Notes: generated by a model not told the origin, from the letters alone. 64,000 nt of DNA from Nitrospinota bacterium (GCA_026706735.1 JAPOYD010000139.1:16956-80955), one strand, 5' to 3'. Positions 41,165 through 52,611 are shown, numbered from the stretch's first letter. Numbers and translations: made by a program.

Positions 41165-42025
41165 GTGGCGTCGGCCGATAAAGCGCGAACTCAAGCTGGA
41201 GAAACACCCGGAACCGAAAGGCAACTCGGGCCCCCCAACTGGAACGTGGTTATCCGAAACTCCGGCAAGGCCTTTTTCCTCATGGCGGCGCCTCTCGTCG
41301 GACTGCTCATCTTCTGGGAGTTGCTCGCGCACTCGGGTACGCTCCACCCCGTCCTCTTTCCGCCACTGGAAAAGATATGGGTGACGATGGTGGACCAGGC
41401 GAAGTCCGGCATCCTCTGGCTGGACATCTACGTTTCGCTCTATCGCCTTCTGGTCGGAGCGTTCCTTGCCCTCGTTTCGGGAACCGTGGTCGGTCTGGTG
41501 ATGGGCATGAATCAAACGGTGGAGCGGATTCTCGCCCCGCCGATGTACTTCTTCCTGGCCGTGCCGGGTCTCGCGCTCTTTCCCATCGTCATCCTCTGGT
41601 TCGGTCTGAGCGATTTCACCCTCATTTCCGTGCTCTGGTTCGAGGGGATGATCACCGTCATGGTGAACGCATGGACGGGCGTCAAGACCGTGGATGCGTC
41701 CCTCATCCGCGCGGGGCGCGCCATGGGCGCCAAGGGCATGACGCTTTTCTTTCAGGTGATGGTCCCTGGCGCGCTGCCGAACCTGATCGCAGGCTACCGC
41801 ATCGCGTTCAGCCGCGCCTGGCGCATCGTCGTGACCGGGGAGATGATTGTCGCTTTAGAGGCGGGCCTCGGTTTTCGGATTTTTGCGGCGCGCGATTTCC
41901 TCGCGGCGGACATGATGTACGGAGGGGTCGTGGTCGTCGGCATTTTGGGCGTGATCGTGGAGCGCGTCTGCCTGCGGAGCATCGAACTGGCCACGGTCCA
42001 ACGCTGGGGAACGCTGCGCGAATAA
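41165..42025 (+). CDS. ABC transporter permease, NitT/TauT (SsuC-like) family
   Basis: 6 TM helices; loop RAGRAMGAKGMTLFFQVMVPGALP. Confidence 0.85.
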   Translation: MASADKARTQAGETPGTERQLGPPNWNVVIRNSGKAFFLMAAPLVGLLIFWELLAHSGTLHPVLFPPLEKIWVTMVDQAKSGILWLDIYVSLYRLLVGAFLALVSGTVVGLVMGMNQTVERILAPPMYFFLAVPGLALFPIVILWFGLSDFTLISVLWFEGMITVMVNAWTGVKTVDASLIRAGRAMGAKGMTLFFQVMVPGALPNLIAGYRIAFSRAWRIVVTGEMIVALEAGLGFRIFAARDFLAADMMYGGVVVVGILGVIVERVCLRSIELATVQRWGTLRE

Positions 42026-42045
42026 CGCGCCGATAGGAGCATATC

Positions 42046-42861
<816 letters not shown>

Positions 42862-42887
42862 ACGAAAACCAAGAGAGGAACGACGAG

Positions 42888-43325
42888 ATGATCCAGAGAC
42901 AGTTCATGCAGCCCGACGACATGTGGTCCCGCGTGGAGAACGACGAGTTGCTCTACGTGCCCGTGGTGACGATTCACGGCTCGGATCACGCACACATCTA
43001 TCTTTCCGGCCAGGTGCCCCGCAAGCCGAGCGGCGAGGTGGTGGGCGTCGGCGACATGCGCACCCAGATTCGGGTGACGTGCGAGAACATCGGCAAGGGG
43101 CTGGCCCACGCGGGCGCGACGTTCGACGACATCGTCAGTTCCACGACCTACGTGACCGACATCATGGAGTACTACAAGCATTCGGACGAACGCTTCAAGT
43201 ACTTCAAGAACGTTCGTCCGGCCAGCACGCTCATCGAGATATCCCGCCTCGGCCCTCCCGACGCGATGATCGAGATAACGGCGGAGGCCATCATCGAGCC
43301 CGAGCGGCTGCGCATCCAGTCGTAG
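42888..43325 (+). CDS. RidA/YjgF-family reactive-intermediate deaminase-like protein
   Basis: 145 aa; RBS agagagga 8 nt upstream; RidA-fold blocks. Confidence 0.75.
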   Translation: MIQRQFMQPDDMWSRVENDELLYVPVVTIHGSDHAHIYLSGQVPRKPSGEVVGVGDMRTQIRVTCENIGKGLAHAGATFDDIVSSTTYVTDIMEYYKHSDERFKYFKNVRPASTLIEISRLGPPDAMIEITAEAIIEPERLRIQS

Positions 43326-43419
43326 GCACAGCATATCCCGTATTGCGCAACATTTACCGGACAGGTGCGATCGTGTAGATTTCGATTATCTTTCAGTCAA
43401 AAAGCCTCGGGAGTTTCGC

Positions 43420-44784
43420 ATGGATGAGCTCAGGGTATTGTCCGTATGCGGCAATCTCGGCTACGGATTCCCCAAAGCCTCGCTCGACAACGGCCTCGCC
43501 CGGCACCCGCACATCATGGGGGCGGACAACGGCTCGACCGACGCGGGCCCCTATTACCTCGGCAGCGGCGATCAGCTCACCAAGCGCGAACAGATTCGCA
43601 GGGACCTGGGCTTTTCGCTGGCCGCCGCCAGAAAGAAGAAGATTCCCTACATCATCGGCTCCGCCGGGACGGCGGGCGGCAACCCCCACGTGGACAGCGT
43701 GCTCGACACGATGCGCGAGTTGTCGAAACGCGATGGGCACCGCTTCAAGCTCGCGGTGATTCGCTCCGAGATGGACAAGGAGTTCGTTAAGCGCGCCGTT
43801 CGGGAAAAAAGAACGCGTACTCTGGGCAAGCTCCCCGAACTCACCGAGGAGATGGTGAACGAGAGCGTGCGCATCGTTGGCCAGATGGGGCTGGAACCCT
43901 TCATGACGGCTCTGGAGGGCGGTGCGGAGGTCGTCCTCGCCGGACGCTCCTGCGACACGGCCATCTACACCTCCTACGCCGCGATGCGCGGGTACGACTT
44001 AGGATTAGCCTTCCACATGGCGAAAATCATCGAGTGCGGCGCGCAGTGCGCCCTGCCCATCGGGGCGAACGACTGCATCCTGGGCACGCTGCGCGAGGAT
44101 CACTTCGAACTCGAGCCGATGAACGAGGGGATGCGCGTGACGCCAAACTCCGTGGCGGCGCACATGATGTACGAACAGCCCGACCCCTATCTGTTCTATG
44201 AACCAGAAGGCATGATCGACCTCAAGGACTCCGAGTTCGAACAACTCGGCGAGCGCCGCGTGCGGGTGAGCGGCAGCCGCTTCGTGCAAGCGCAGACCCC
44301 CACCATCAAGATCGAAGGCGTGCGCTTGAGAGGATACCGCACCATCGCCGTCGCCGGGATGACGGACCCACGGCTGCTCGCGAGTCTCGACGAGGTGGAG
44401 GCGAACGTGAAGAACACCGTGGCGGACATGGTCCGGGGTACGCTCTCGCCCGAGGATTACGAGCTTCGTTTCATCTTCTACGGGCGCGACGGGGTGATGG
44501 GCCGCCCGGCGGCGGATGAATCGGCCGCGCCCCGGGAGGTCGGCGTGGTGATGGAGGCGATCGCCGGGGATCAGACGACGGCGAACGCGGTGCTCTCCCT
44601 CACGCGGAGTACGTTCCTGCACGCGGGCTTCGAGGGGCGGAAGGCCACCGCCGGGAACTTGGCCTTCCCGTTCTCGCCGTCTGATTTCGAGGGCGGGCCG
44701 GTGTATGAGTTCCACATCTATCACTTGGTGGAACTCGAAGACGCCGCAGCGCCCTTCGAAGTCGAATTCGCGCAGGTGGGCTGA
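43420..44784 (+). CDS. AtuA-like protein (DUF1446 family)
   Basis: 454 aa. N-terminus VLSVCGNLGYGF matches the AtuA/DUF1446 RIG-G-GF pattern. A DUF4387-like ORF follows immediately. Confidence 0.6.
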   Translation: MDELRVLSVCGNLGYGFPKASLDNGLARHPHIMGADNGSTDAGPYYLGSGDQLTKREQIRRDLGFSLAAARKKKIPYIIGSAGTAGGNPHVDSVLDTMRELSKRDGHRFKLAVIRSEMDKEFVKRAVREKRTRTLGKLPELTEEMVNESVRIVGQMGLEPFMTALEGGAEVVLAGRSCDTAIYTSYAAMRGYDLGLAFHMAKIIECGAQCALPIGANDCILGTLREDHFELEPMNEGMRVTPNSVAAHMMYEQPDPYLFYEPEGMIDLKDSEFEQLGERRVRVSGSRFVQAQTPTIKIEGVRLRGYRTIAVAGMTDPRLLASLDEVEANVKNTVADMVRGTLSPEDYELRFIFYGRDGVMGRPAADESAAPREVGVVMEAIAGDQTTANAVLSLTRSTFLHAGFEGRKATAGNLAFPFSPSDFEGGPVYEFHIYHLVELEDAAAPFEVEFAQVG

Positions 44785-44786
44785 GC

Positions 44787-45098
44787 GTGGAAAGGCTCTA
44801 CGACCTCGCCGAGGTGTTTCGGAGCAAGAACGCAGGCCCCCTGCACATCACCTTGGATCTGCTGTTCTCCGATGAGTCGACCTACCGGCGCGTGGCCGAC
44901 AGCGAGGCGCTCACGCCGGGCGTGGTTTCTGAGCTTTACGAGATGGCGCCCGAGGAGGTGAAGATCGTCCATTTCGACGCGGCCAACGCCATCAAGATCA
45001 CCATGCCGAGGAAGGGGCCGACCTCGGGCGCGCCTGGCGATCGCGACGTGTACGGAGCGCAGCAGCACGGCCCGCTGCTCGGTCTCATGATTCCCTGA
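44787..45098 (+). CDS. DUF4387-like small protein (AtuA partner)
   Basis: 103 aa. Start lies 2 nt after the AtuA-like stop. Confidence 0.5.
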   Translation: MERLYDLAEVFRSKNAGPLHITLDLLFSDESTYRRVADSEALTPGVVSELYEMAPEEVKIVHFDAANAIKITMPRKGPTSGAPGDRDVYGAQQHGPLLGLMIP

Positions 45099-45126
45099 CC
45101 CCCGCGGGGGATGAGGAGGTTTTCCG

Positions 45127-46512
45127 ATGGACGTCGAACGGGTCATCGCGCAAATCGAGGCGGATTTCGAGTCCGCCCACATCGAACGTTTATTGAAATA
45201 TATACGCCAGCCGAGCGTCTCGGCGCTCAACCTCGGCAACGACGAGATGGCGCGGATGCTGGCCGATGAGATCATCGAGGTCGGCGGCGAGGCGGAGGTG
45301 GTGGAGACGGCGGAGTTTCCCGTCGTCTACGGCCTGATCGACGAAGGCGCGGAGCGCACGCTACTCTGCCACGGCCTCTACGACGTGACGCCGGCGGAAG
45401 AGCCCAACTGGATCAACCCTCCCTTCGAACCTCAAATCCAGGAACTCGAAGGCCTGGGGCCCTGCATCGTGGGCCGGGGAGCGGAGGACATGAAGACGGG
45501 CATCGCCTGCGTGATGAACACCGTCTACGCGGCGCGCGCCGCAGGGGAGAAGCTCCCGCTCAACCTCATGTTCGTCCACGAGGCGTCCGAACTCGGAAGC
45601 GGCGGCATCAAGGATTTCTTCCCGCGCTACAAGGAGAAGATGCAAAAGGCGAACGCGGCCTACTGGCTCTGCCCGATGGGGCAGACCGACGGTACGCCCA
45701 TCGTCCCGCTGGGCCTCAAGGGCAACCTGATGGGCAGGCTCTTCTGCCGTCCCGGGGAGTGGGGCGGTCCGGTGGGCAACGAGATTCACGCGCTCAACTG
45801 CAACTGGATAGGCAATCCGGCGGAGCGCATCGTGGAGGCGATCGCCTATCTGCAGGCGAGGCTTGAGGAGATTTATCAAAAAGGCGAAGGCTGGACGCCG
45901 AGCGAGGCCGAAGAAGAACTGTGCCGCAAGCTCGCAGAGCGCATGGACCCCGAAAGGATGAAGCAGAGCCTGGGGGTCGAGCGTTTCCGGCAGGATGATT
46001 TCCACGCCGCCGTCCGCTCGCACCTGTTCAAGGCGGAATTCACGCTTACGGGCCTCCACGCGGGCTTCGTGGGCGAGGGCAAGTCCGTCAAGGTCAGCAT
46101 TCCCTCAGAAGCCCAGGCCGTGGTGAACATGCGCTTCCAGCCGGGAGAGGATCCGGACGAGCGCATCGGGAACGTCCGCAACATTTTGGCTGAGGGCGGA
46201 TACGGCGACGTCGAGTTCGTCGTGAACAACCACTACGCGGGCGGCGGAACGCCTCTGGAGCATCCGCTCATCCAGTGTTTCCTGAAAGCCCATGCGGATA
46301 TGGGCGCGGACCCCGAAGTCTGGCCCGTGCACCCGGCAGGGATGCCCGTGGCCTTGTGGACCGAAGAACTGGGCGTACCCTGGATCGGCGGGCTGCCGTG
46401 CAACGCCATGCGAAAACACGCGGCAAACGAATATGCACAGGTCTCGGGTGTTCTCCAGTCCGAGAAGTTTCTAGCATACCTGTTCGAGGGATTCTCGAAA
46501 CTCACGTATTGA
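45127..46512 (+). CDS. M20/M25/M40 family peptidase (dipeptidase-like)
   Basis: 461 aa; IVGRGAEDMKTG is an M20 hallmark. Confidence 0.8.
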   Translation: MDVERVIAQIEADFESAHIERLLKYIRQPSVSALNLGNDEMARMLADEIIEVGGEAEVVETAEFPVVYGLIDEGAERTLLCHGLYDVTPAEEPNWINPPFEPQIQELEGLGPCIVGRGAEDMKTGIACVMNTVYAARAAGEKLPLNLMFVHEASELGSGGIKDFFPRYKEKMQKANAAYWLCPMGQTDGTPIVPLGLKGNLMGRLFCRPGEWGGPVGNEIHALNCNWIGNPAERIVEAIAYLQARLEEIYQKGEGWTPSEAEEELCRKLAERMDPERMKQSLGVERFRQDDFHAAVRSHLFKAEFTLTGLHAGFVGEGKSVKVSIPSEAQAVVNMRFQPGEDPDERIGNVRNILAEGGYGDVEFVVNNHYAGGGTPLEHPLIQCFLKAHADMGADPEVWPVHPAGMPVALWTEELGVPWIGGLPCNAMRKHAANEYAQVSGVLQSEKFLAYLFEGFSKLTY

Positions 46513-46550
46513 TTCGGGATCTGTTCATCAACTGAATTTCAGACGTAGAA

Positions 46551-47276
46551 TCAATCACCCCCCGCCGGTGGCCAGATGCGCTCGCCGAGACTCGGGGAGC
46601 TGGGCGCGTGGACGAGGGTGTCCACGGCTTGGCGAGAGCGCGGTATCTTCTCCGTCGTGAAATTCTCCTGGAGCGATTCCAGGGATACCCACTCATAGAG
46701 TATCCCGTGCTTCGCCCAGCCCGAGGCCGATACGAGGTTCCGCGCGCCGACGCAGCCTTCCATGCTCGTGAGGCGCGGCATACGCACCTGGGAATACCAA
46801 CAGCCGAGTTCGTCCTCGTTCTCGACGGCGTTGATGTTGAAAGTCCCGAACTGGATGCCGGGGCCCGGCGTGATGCCCGGCGCGCGGGACTTGAACTCAG
46901 GACCATTGATGCGGTTGTGCTCCATGAAGATGCAGGAGCGCGCGCTCATACGCCGCCCGAGCATTTCCCTGTCATCCGCCGTCATCTTTTCCGCCATCTG
47001 TTCGGGGCTGGGGTCCAGGAAGGCGTTCGGCGAGAGCGCGCCGAATAGCATGAGGTACTGAACCCCGGTGGGAACGCTCGCGTCGTCCGTGTGGTGGACG
47101 ACTCCCCGGATCCGCTCCTCACGTTCGGGCGTCACCACGTTCTTCACGTGCGCCGCCCACAGGTAGCCCGGACGCGCAAGCGCTTCGGGGATGTGAATCT
47201 CATGAAGCCAGGATATGTATTGATCCGCGCCCTCTTCGGAAAGGTCATACCATACCGCCCATATTCCTCGGTCCAT
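46551..47276 (-). CDS. hypothetical protein
   Basis: 241 aa, coding-like composition, no recognisable family. Confidence 0.4.
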   Translation of the reverse strand: MDRGIWAVWYDLSEEGADQYISWLHEIHIPEALARPGYLWAAHVKNVVTPEREERIRGVVHHTDDASVPTGVQYLMLFGALSPNAFLDPSPEQMAEKMTADDREMLGRRMSARSCIFMEHNRINGPEFKSRAPGITPGPGIQFGTFNINAVENEDELGCWYSQVRMPRLTSMEGCVGARNLVSASGWAKHGILYEWVSLESLQENFTTEKIPRSRQAVDTLVHAPSSPSLGERIWPPAGGD

Positions 47277-47314
47277 TTATCGCTTCTCCTCTTATGCGTG
47301 ATTCATGAATGCTC

Positions 47315-47983
47315 TCATTCGTTGGGTTCGGGGAAGGCGTCCGGCCATTTGTCGAGGACTTCCTGCAGATAAGCCTTTAGCTTCGCCGGGTCGGGCCGGA
47401 GGCGGCCGACGTCCTCGACGATTTCCGCTTCGTCGTTCGGCAGCTTGAGAGAATCGTGGTAGCGGTTTCGCATGTTGAAGTAGCTGATGACGAAGGTGAG
47501 CTCCACGAACTCGGCGTCCGTGAAATGCCTCTGCACCTCCTCCGCCACGTCGTCCCGGACCTTGGCGGTGTTGCGTGTCACGTGTTCGGCCCAAAGGACT
47601 GTCGCCTTTTCCCTTGGCGTGAGGAGCGGCGAATCCATGTATGCATCCGACCCGATGGCGGCGACGTGATCTACGGTGATTCCCAGCACACGGCCGAGAG
47701 CGGTGTTGTGCGCGAGTCAGTAGTCGCATCCGTTCAGTTGGCTGGTCTTGATGACGGCGATTTCTTTTATCTTCGAAGACAGCACGGTGCCCAGTCCCTC
47801 GCGCATCAGGGTCTGGACGAGGGGATAGAAGATGCGCGCCAGAAACGGGGAGTGCGCCGTCGCCCGGGTGGAGTTGACCTGCCTGCTTTGGAAGTTGTTC
47901 AGGATGTCGAAGGTGCGCGCAATCTCGCCTCCGGCGCATTCTCTTTCGAGCAAGGGGACTCTGGACACGGGTTGACTCCTCAT
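47315..47983 (-). CDS. AhpD-like / carboxymuconolactone decarboxylase family selenoprotein (in-frame TGA at 47717-47719 read as Sec; start at internal Met preferred)
   Basis: Minus-strand ORFs 47717..48079 and 47315..47689 share a frame. The junction reads KTSQLNGCDY-U-LAHN, the CMD/AhpD S-Q-[IL]-N-G-C-x-Y-C-x-x-x-H motif with Sec at the second Cys. Both halves are CMD-like. Confidence 0.65.
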
Positions 47984-48218
47984 CGAATACGAGTTCCGGG
48001 TTTTTCCGATGAATGGTTCATCTTCCCACAATGAGCACCATCTTTCACTCCGCCCTCGGATGTCGTTCCGGGATGACACGTACGGTGATTCCTGCTAGTT
48101 TTCTTTTTATACGCAGATAAGATGTGAGGCGGATTTAGCGTCCCGGATTCAAGGCCCCTCCTCGAAGGCGGCATGAATGAGGGCGTCGCCTGTTCTATAT
48201 CCGTGAAGAGGGAAGGAC

Positions 48219-48695
48219 GTGCGGAAAGCCGATATTTACACAGCCGTCATTTTTATTGTCTATAGCGTCGTCGGCTTTTTCTATATCATTCCCACGCAGA
48301 TTCAATACGCCATTCCCCCCGAAGAAGTCGTGAACGCCGTCTTTCTGCCTACCTTCTTCCCCACCTCCGCCGTCGTCACATTCGCGTTGGTGAGCGCGAT
48401 GTTTCTGTTCGGGGCTCTCAGGCGGAGTGATGCAGGCGGGAAGGTGATTTCGAGCAAAAGGGCGCTATGCCAGGTCTGCGGCGTTTTCGTTCTTACCTAC
48501 GTCTACATCGAGTCTTTGGCGTATTTCGGCTTTCTGGTGAGCACCCCCGTATTTCTCGCAATTCTAGTTTTTTCCATGGGCACGCGTGACTGGCGCTACG
48601 TCGCGGCGATGTCGATCCTGTTTCCTATCGTGGTGAACTATTTCTTCTGGTTCGCCTTCAAGCTGGCGCTGCCCGAGGGCAGCCTCTTCAGTTAG
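48219..48695 (+). CDS. tctB: tripartite tricarboxylate transporter small subunit TctB
   Basis: 158 aa, 4 TM. Confidence 0.7.
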   Translation: MRKADIYTAVIFIVYSVVGFFYIIPTQIQYAIPPEEVVNAVFLPTFFPTSAVVTFALVSAMFLFGALRRSDAGGKVISSKRALCQVCGVFVLTYVYIESLAYFGFLVSTPVFLAILVFSMGTRDWRYVAAMSILFPIVVNYFFWFAFKLALPEGSLFS

Positions 48696-48702
48696 GGCGC
48701 GT

Positions 48703-50241
48703 ATGTTCGAACAGATAATCCAGGGAGTAACGATGGCGCTCACGTGGCAGGGTCTGGCCATGATTGCGCTGGGCGTCTTCGTGGGCATCACGGTGGGCGC
48801 GATTCCGGGGCTCACCAGCGTAATGGCGACGGCGATCCTGGTTCCCTTCTCCTTTTTCATGCCTCCCGTGCTGGGCATTCCCTTCTTGCTGGGGATTCAC
48901 AAGGGGACGCTCTTCGGCGGCTCCATCCCCGCGATACTGGTGAACACGCCGGGAACCGCGCCCGCGGCGGCGACGTGTATGGACGGGTTTCCGCTCGCGC
49001 AAAAAGGAGAGGCGAGGAGCGCGATCCAGATGGCGCTCTACTCCTCCACCATAGGCGATACTTTCAGCGATCTCGTACTGATTCTCGCGGCGCTTCCGCT
49101 GGCCGCCGTAGCTCTCCTGTTCGGGCCGGCCGAGTTTTTCGGGCTCCTGCTCATGGGGCTGGCCATCATCTCCAGCGTGACGGGCGCCTCCCTGGTGAAG
49201 GGCGTGCTGTCGGCCATCATCGGTCTCCAACTCGGCATGGTGGGCACGGACATCGTCTCGGGCGGGGAGCGCTTTACGTTCGGTCTTCACGGACTGGCCG
49301 AAGGGATAGGGGTGGTTCCCCTGCTCATCGGGCTTTTCGCCGTGAGCGAGGTGTTAATACAGGCGGAAAAAAAGGCCTCCGTCCTCTCCAGCCCGCCCGA
49401 TACCCTGCATCTGCGGGGCGGCAGGACACTCAAGATCATCGAGGTATGGCATTCGGCGCGCACCATCCTGCGCTCGTCCATGATCGGCACTTTCGTCGGC
49501 GCGATTCCGGGCACGGGAGCGGCCATCGCCACCTTCGTGAGCTACGCGGCGGCGAAACGGGCTTCCAAGAAACCCGAAGAATACGGTAAAGGCAGCTACG
49601 AGGGCGTCGCGGCCTCTGAAGCCGCCAACAGCGCCGTCGCGGGCGCGGACCTGATACCCACCCTCACGTTCGGCATTCCCGGGGACCCGAGCGCGGCGAT
49701 CCTCATGGGCGCGTTCATCGCCCAGGGGCTGCGACCGGGCCCGAGCCTCTTCCAGGAACACGCCCCCGTCATGTACGCCATCTTCACCCTGCTCCTGATA
49801 GGGAACCCCATCATGCTGATCCAGGGCTGGCTCTTGACGGGCATGTTCGCCAGGATAGTCAACATCCGGCAGTCGTTGCTGGTGCCGGGCATTATCGTCT
49901 CCTGTCTGGTGGGAGCGTACGTCTATCACAGCAACCTGGGCGACCTCGTTCTCGCGCTCGTCGCGGGCCTGTTCGGATACGGGTTGAGAAAACTCAAATT
50001 TCCGATGGCCCCGCTCGTCATCGCTTTCATCCTGGCACCCCGGGCGGAGGAAGCCTTGCAACAGGCGCTTATCATTTCCGACGGCGATTATTCGGTATTC
50101 ATCACCCGCCCCATCGCGGCGTTTTTCATCGGTATGACCGTACTCATGCTGGTGACGAGCATCTGGAAACGACCTTGGGCCGAGACCTTGAGGCCGCAAC
50201 CGGTAGCTGATTCGAACATTTCAAAGGAGGAACCAAAATGA
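48703..50241 (+). CDS. tctA: tripartite tricarboxylate transporter permease TctA
   Basis: 512 aa; TctA blocks; ATGA overlap with tctC. Confidence 0.9.
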   Translation: MFEQIIQGVTMALTWQGLAMIALGVFVGITVGAIPGLTSVMATAILVPFSFFMPPVLGIPFLLGIHKGTLFGGSIPAILVNTPGTAPAAATCMDGFPLAQKGEARSAIQMALYSSTIGDTFSDLVLILAALPLAAVALLFGPAEFFGLLLMGLAIISSVTGASLVKGVLSAIIGLQLGMVGTDIVSGGERFTFGLHGLAEGIGVVPLLIGLFAVSEVLIQAEKKASVLSSPPDTLHLRGGRTLKIIEVWHSARTILRSSMIGTFVGAIPGTGAAIATFVSYAAAKRASKKPEEYGKGSYEGVAASEAANSAVAGADLIPTLTFGIPGDPSAAILMGAFIAQGLRPGPSLFQEHAPVMYAIFTLLLIGNPIMLIQGWLLTGMFARIVNIRQSLLVPGIIVSCLVGAYVYHSNLGDLVLALVAGLFGYGLRKLKFPMAPLVIAFILAPRAEEALQQALIISDGDYSVFITRPIAAFFIGMTVLMLVTSIWKRPWAETLRPQPVADSNISKEEPK

Positions 50242-51227
50242 TGCGCAAATCATGGAAGATCGCCCTGGCGGTAGTATTGTCGTTCGGGCTCCTCGCTTTC
50301 ACCGCCATGCCCGCTGCGGCGGAGAAGTATCCCTCGAAACCCATCAAGATCATCGTGCCATTAGGCGCGGGCGGTTCGCACGACCTCCATTCGCGCGCCG
50401 TGGCCAGCGTGCTGCACCAGTACATCGGTCAGCCCGCCTACGTGCAGCTCATGCCGGGTGGCGGCGGAAAGATAGGGATGGGAGCGCTCAAGCGCGCCAA
50501 GCCCGACGGCTACACCCTCGCGATGGGCGCGAACAGCCATCTCTACATGTCGCCCCACGTGAAGGACATGGGCTTCGACCCCTTCAAGGATTTCATCCCC
50601 GTGTTCCAGATCAACGAACTGCCCTACATGCTGGCCACGCTGGGGAACCAGCCGTGGAAGAACTTCAAGGAATACATCGCAGCGGCGAAAAAGAGCAAAG
50701 GCAAGATCAAGCACGGCTCCACGGGGACGTATGGCCTGAGCCACACCATGATGCTCAAGATCGCATACGACACGAAGGCGCCGTTGCCCCACGTGCCCTT
50801 CCGCGGCGGCGGCCCGGCCATGAAGGCCATGCTGGGCGGACACGTGCAGACGGCGGGCGCCAACCCGGCGACGGGCGGCGTTCTCTCGAACTACAAGTCC
50901 GGCAAAATCCGAATTCTGGGCGTCGCCGCCGCCAAGCGGTTCCCGCTATTCCCGGACGTGCCAACCTTCAGGGAGCAGGGAGTCGACCTTCTGCTGTCTT
51001 CGAAGCGCATCATCATGGCGCCGGCGGGAACGCCCAAGGACCGCATCGAAATCCTGGAGAAGGCACTGCTCAAGATGGCGAAGGACAAGACCTTCAAGCG
51101 CCTGCTCAGGAAGATGGGCGTCAAGGCCGAGCCTGTCGTCGGCGAGAAGCTCCTGAAAGAGGTGAGAGCGGAATACGAGAGCAACAAGGACATCTACAAG
51201 AACGCAGGGGTGAAGATCAGAAACTGA
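50238..51227 (+). CDS. tctC: TctC/Bug-family substrate-binding protein
   Basis: Signal peptide; YPSKPIKIIVPLGAGGSHD. Confidence 0.85.
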   Translation: MMRKSWKIALAVVLSFGLLAFTAMPAAAEKYPSKPIKIIVPLGAGGSHDLHSRAVASVLHQYIGQPAYVQLMPGGGGKIGMGALKRAKPDGYTLAMGANSHLYMSPHVKDMGFDPFKDFIPVFQINELPYMLATLGNQPWKNFKEYIAAAKKSKGKIKHGSTGTYGLSHTMMLKIAYDTKAPLPHVPFRGGGPAMKAMLGGHVQTAGANPATGGVLSNYKSGKIRILGVAAAKRFPLFPDVPTFREQGVDLLLSSKRIIMAPAGTPKDRIEILEKALLKMAKDKTFKRLLRKMGVKAEPVVGEKLLKEVRAEYESNKDIYKNAGVKIRN

Positions 51228-51319
51228 ATATCCGGGCGTTCATCATAAGCTGATGGCCCAGGCGGGGGTGTGCATCGCGCCCCCGCCTCGGCGTTTTCAC
51301 GCATGGGCGGAGACAAAGT

Positions 51320-52183
51320 ATGCGGCGCCTGAGCGATCATCTCGTGGCGGAGACGGAATATCTCTGGGCGAACGTGGGCGCGGGCGTCACCGAGGCGGGC
51401 GTGGTGCTCATCGACTGCCCCGTGCGGCCCTCGGATTCTCGGAGCTGGCAGGAAAAACTGAGGGCGCTCAGTCCCAAAGGCATCCGCTGCCGCATTTCGA
51501 CGGATTATCACGGCGACCACACCATCGGCGCCGCGTTCATCAAGGACGCGGGGGTGGTCTCCATCGCGCCGCAGCGCGTATATGATGCGCTCGCTGCCAA
51601 GGAAGACTCTCTCGCCGGGCGCGACACTTTCATCAACACCTTAGAGGACATCGGCGCGCACGGTGAGGCGAGGGAGATCGCAGAGGCCGTTCTTCCCCTT
51701 CCGCAGGTGTGTTTCGATGAGGGCATGACACTCCACTTACATCCCCTGACGTTCGAGATTTACCGCCTGGGCGGCCATACGCCCGCATGCAGTTCGGTGT
51801 ACGTTCCCGAGGAAGGCGTCATCTTCACGGGCGACGTGATGATCAACGAGCCGGGCCCCGGCATGCGTGAGGCGCGTTTTCGGGAATGGATCGGGGCGCT
51901 CGCGTGGATTGAGAGCCTGCCCGCCGCGCACGTCGTCCCCGGCCACGGGGAGATATGCGGAGTAGAGGAAGTGCGGCGCTTCAAAAACGAATTCGAGGAG
52001 ATGTGGGGAATCATGGAAGGATTGGTGAAGAAGGGCATGACGCAGGGTGAAGCCTCAACCGACGCTTCGTTCGAGAAGTTCTTCTGGTCCGATACGAGGC
52101 GCGGTGAATCGTGGGTCGCGCACAGGCGGCGGACATTCCGGCGGGGGCTCGAGAACCTCTACGCGGAGGTGAAGGAGGGTTAG
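51320..52183 (+). CDS. MBL-fold metallo-hydrolase
   Basis: STDYHGDHTIGAAF HxHxDH-type motif. 287 aa. Confidence 0.75.
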   Translation: MRRLSDHLVAETEYLWANVGAGVTEAGVVLIDCPVRPSDSRSWQEKLRALSPKGIRCRISTDYHGDHTIGAAFIKDAGVVSIAPQRVYDALAAKEDSLAGRDTFINTLEDIGAHGEAREIAEAVLPLPQVCFDEGMTLHLHPLTFEIYRLGGHTPACSSVYVPEEGVIFTGDVMINEPGPGMREARFREWIGALAWIESLPAAHVVPGHGEICGVEEVRRFKNEFEEMWGIMEGLVKKGMTQGEASTDASFEKFFWSDTRRGESWVAHRRRTFRRGLENLYAEVKEG

Positions 52184-52185
52184 GG

Positions 52186-52602
52186 ATGCGAGCGGAAGAG
52201 AAGAAGCTGGGCCGCGTCTTTCATCTGGAATTCGATGAGGGCGATGATTTTTTCGGGGAGTTCGAGCGCTTCGTGATGGAGAAGAACATACGGAGCGCCT
52301 CGCTCATCGTGTTCGGCGCGCTCAAGGAATCGGACATCCGCACGGGGTTCAGGGAAGTCATCGGCCCCTCGGCGCGGCGCTATTTCCACGACTGGCGCGA
52401 ACTCATCGCCGTGGGCAACATCTCTTGGCCCGAACAGCCGCCCGCCGTCCGTGACGATGAGACGTGGGAAGAACCCCGGCCCTACATCCACTTACACCTG
52501 GCGCTCAGCGGCGGCCCCTATCAACCAGGCGAAGTGCTCGTCGGCCACCTGAGCGGGGGCGTCGTGAAGGGCATGTTCGCCGAAGTGCACGAGTTCGTGT
52601 GA
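52186..52602 (+). CDS. PPC (DUF296) domain protein
   Basis: 138 aa from ATG 52186; stop of the upstream gene overlaps. Confidence 0.5.
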   Translation: MRAEEKKLGRVFHLEFDEGDDFFGEFERFVMEKNIRSASLIVFGALKESDIRTGFREVIGPSARRYFHDWRELIAVGNISWPEQPPAVRDDETWEEPRPYIHLHLALSGGPYQPGEVLVGHLSGGVVKGMFAEVHEFV

Positions 52603-52611
52603 GGATGCGAC

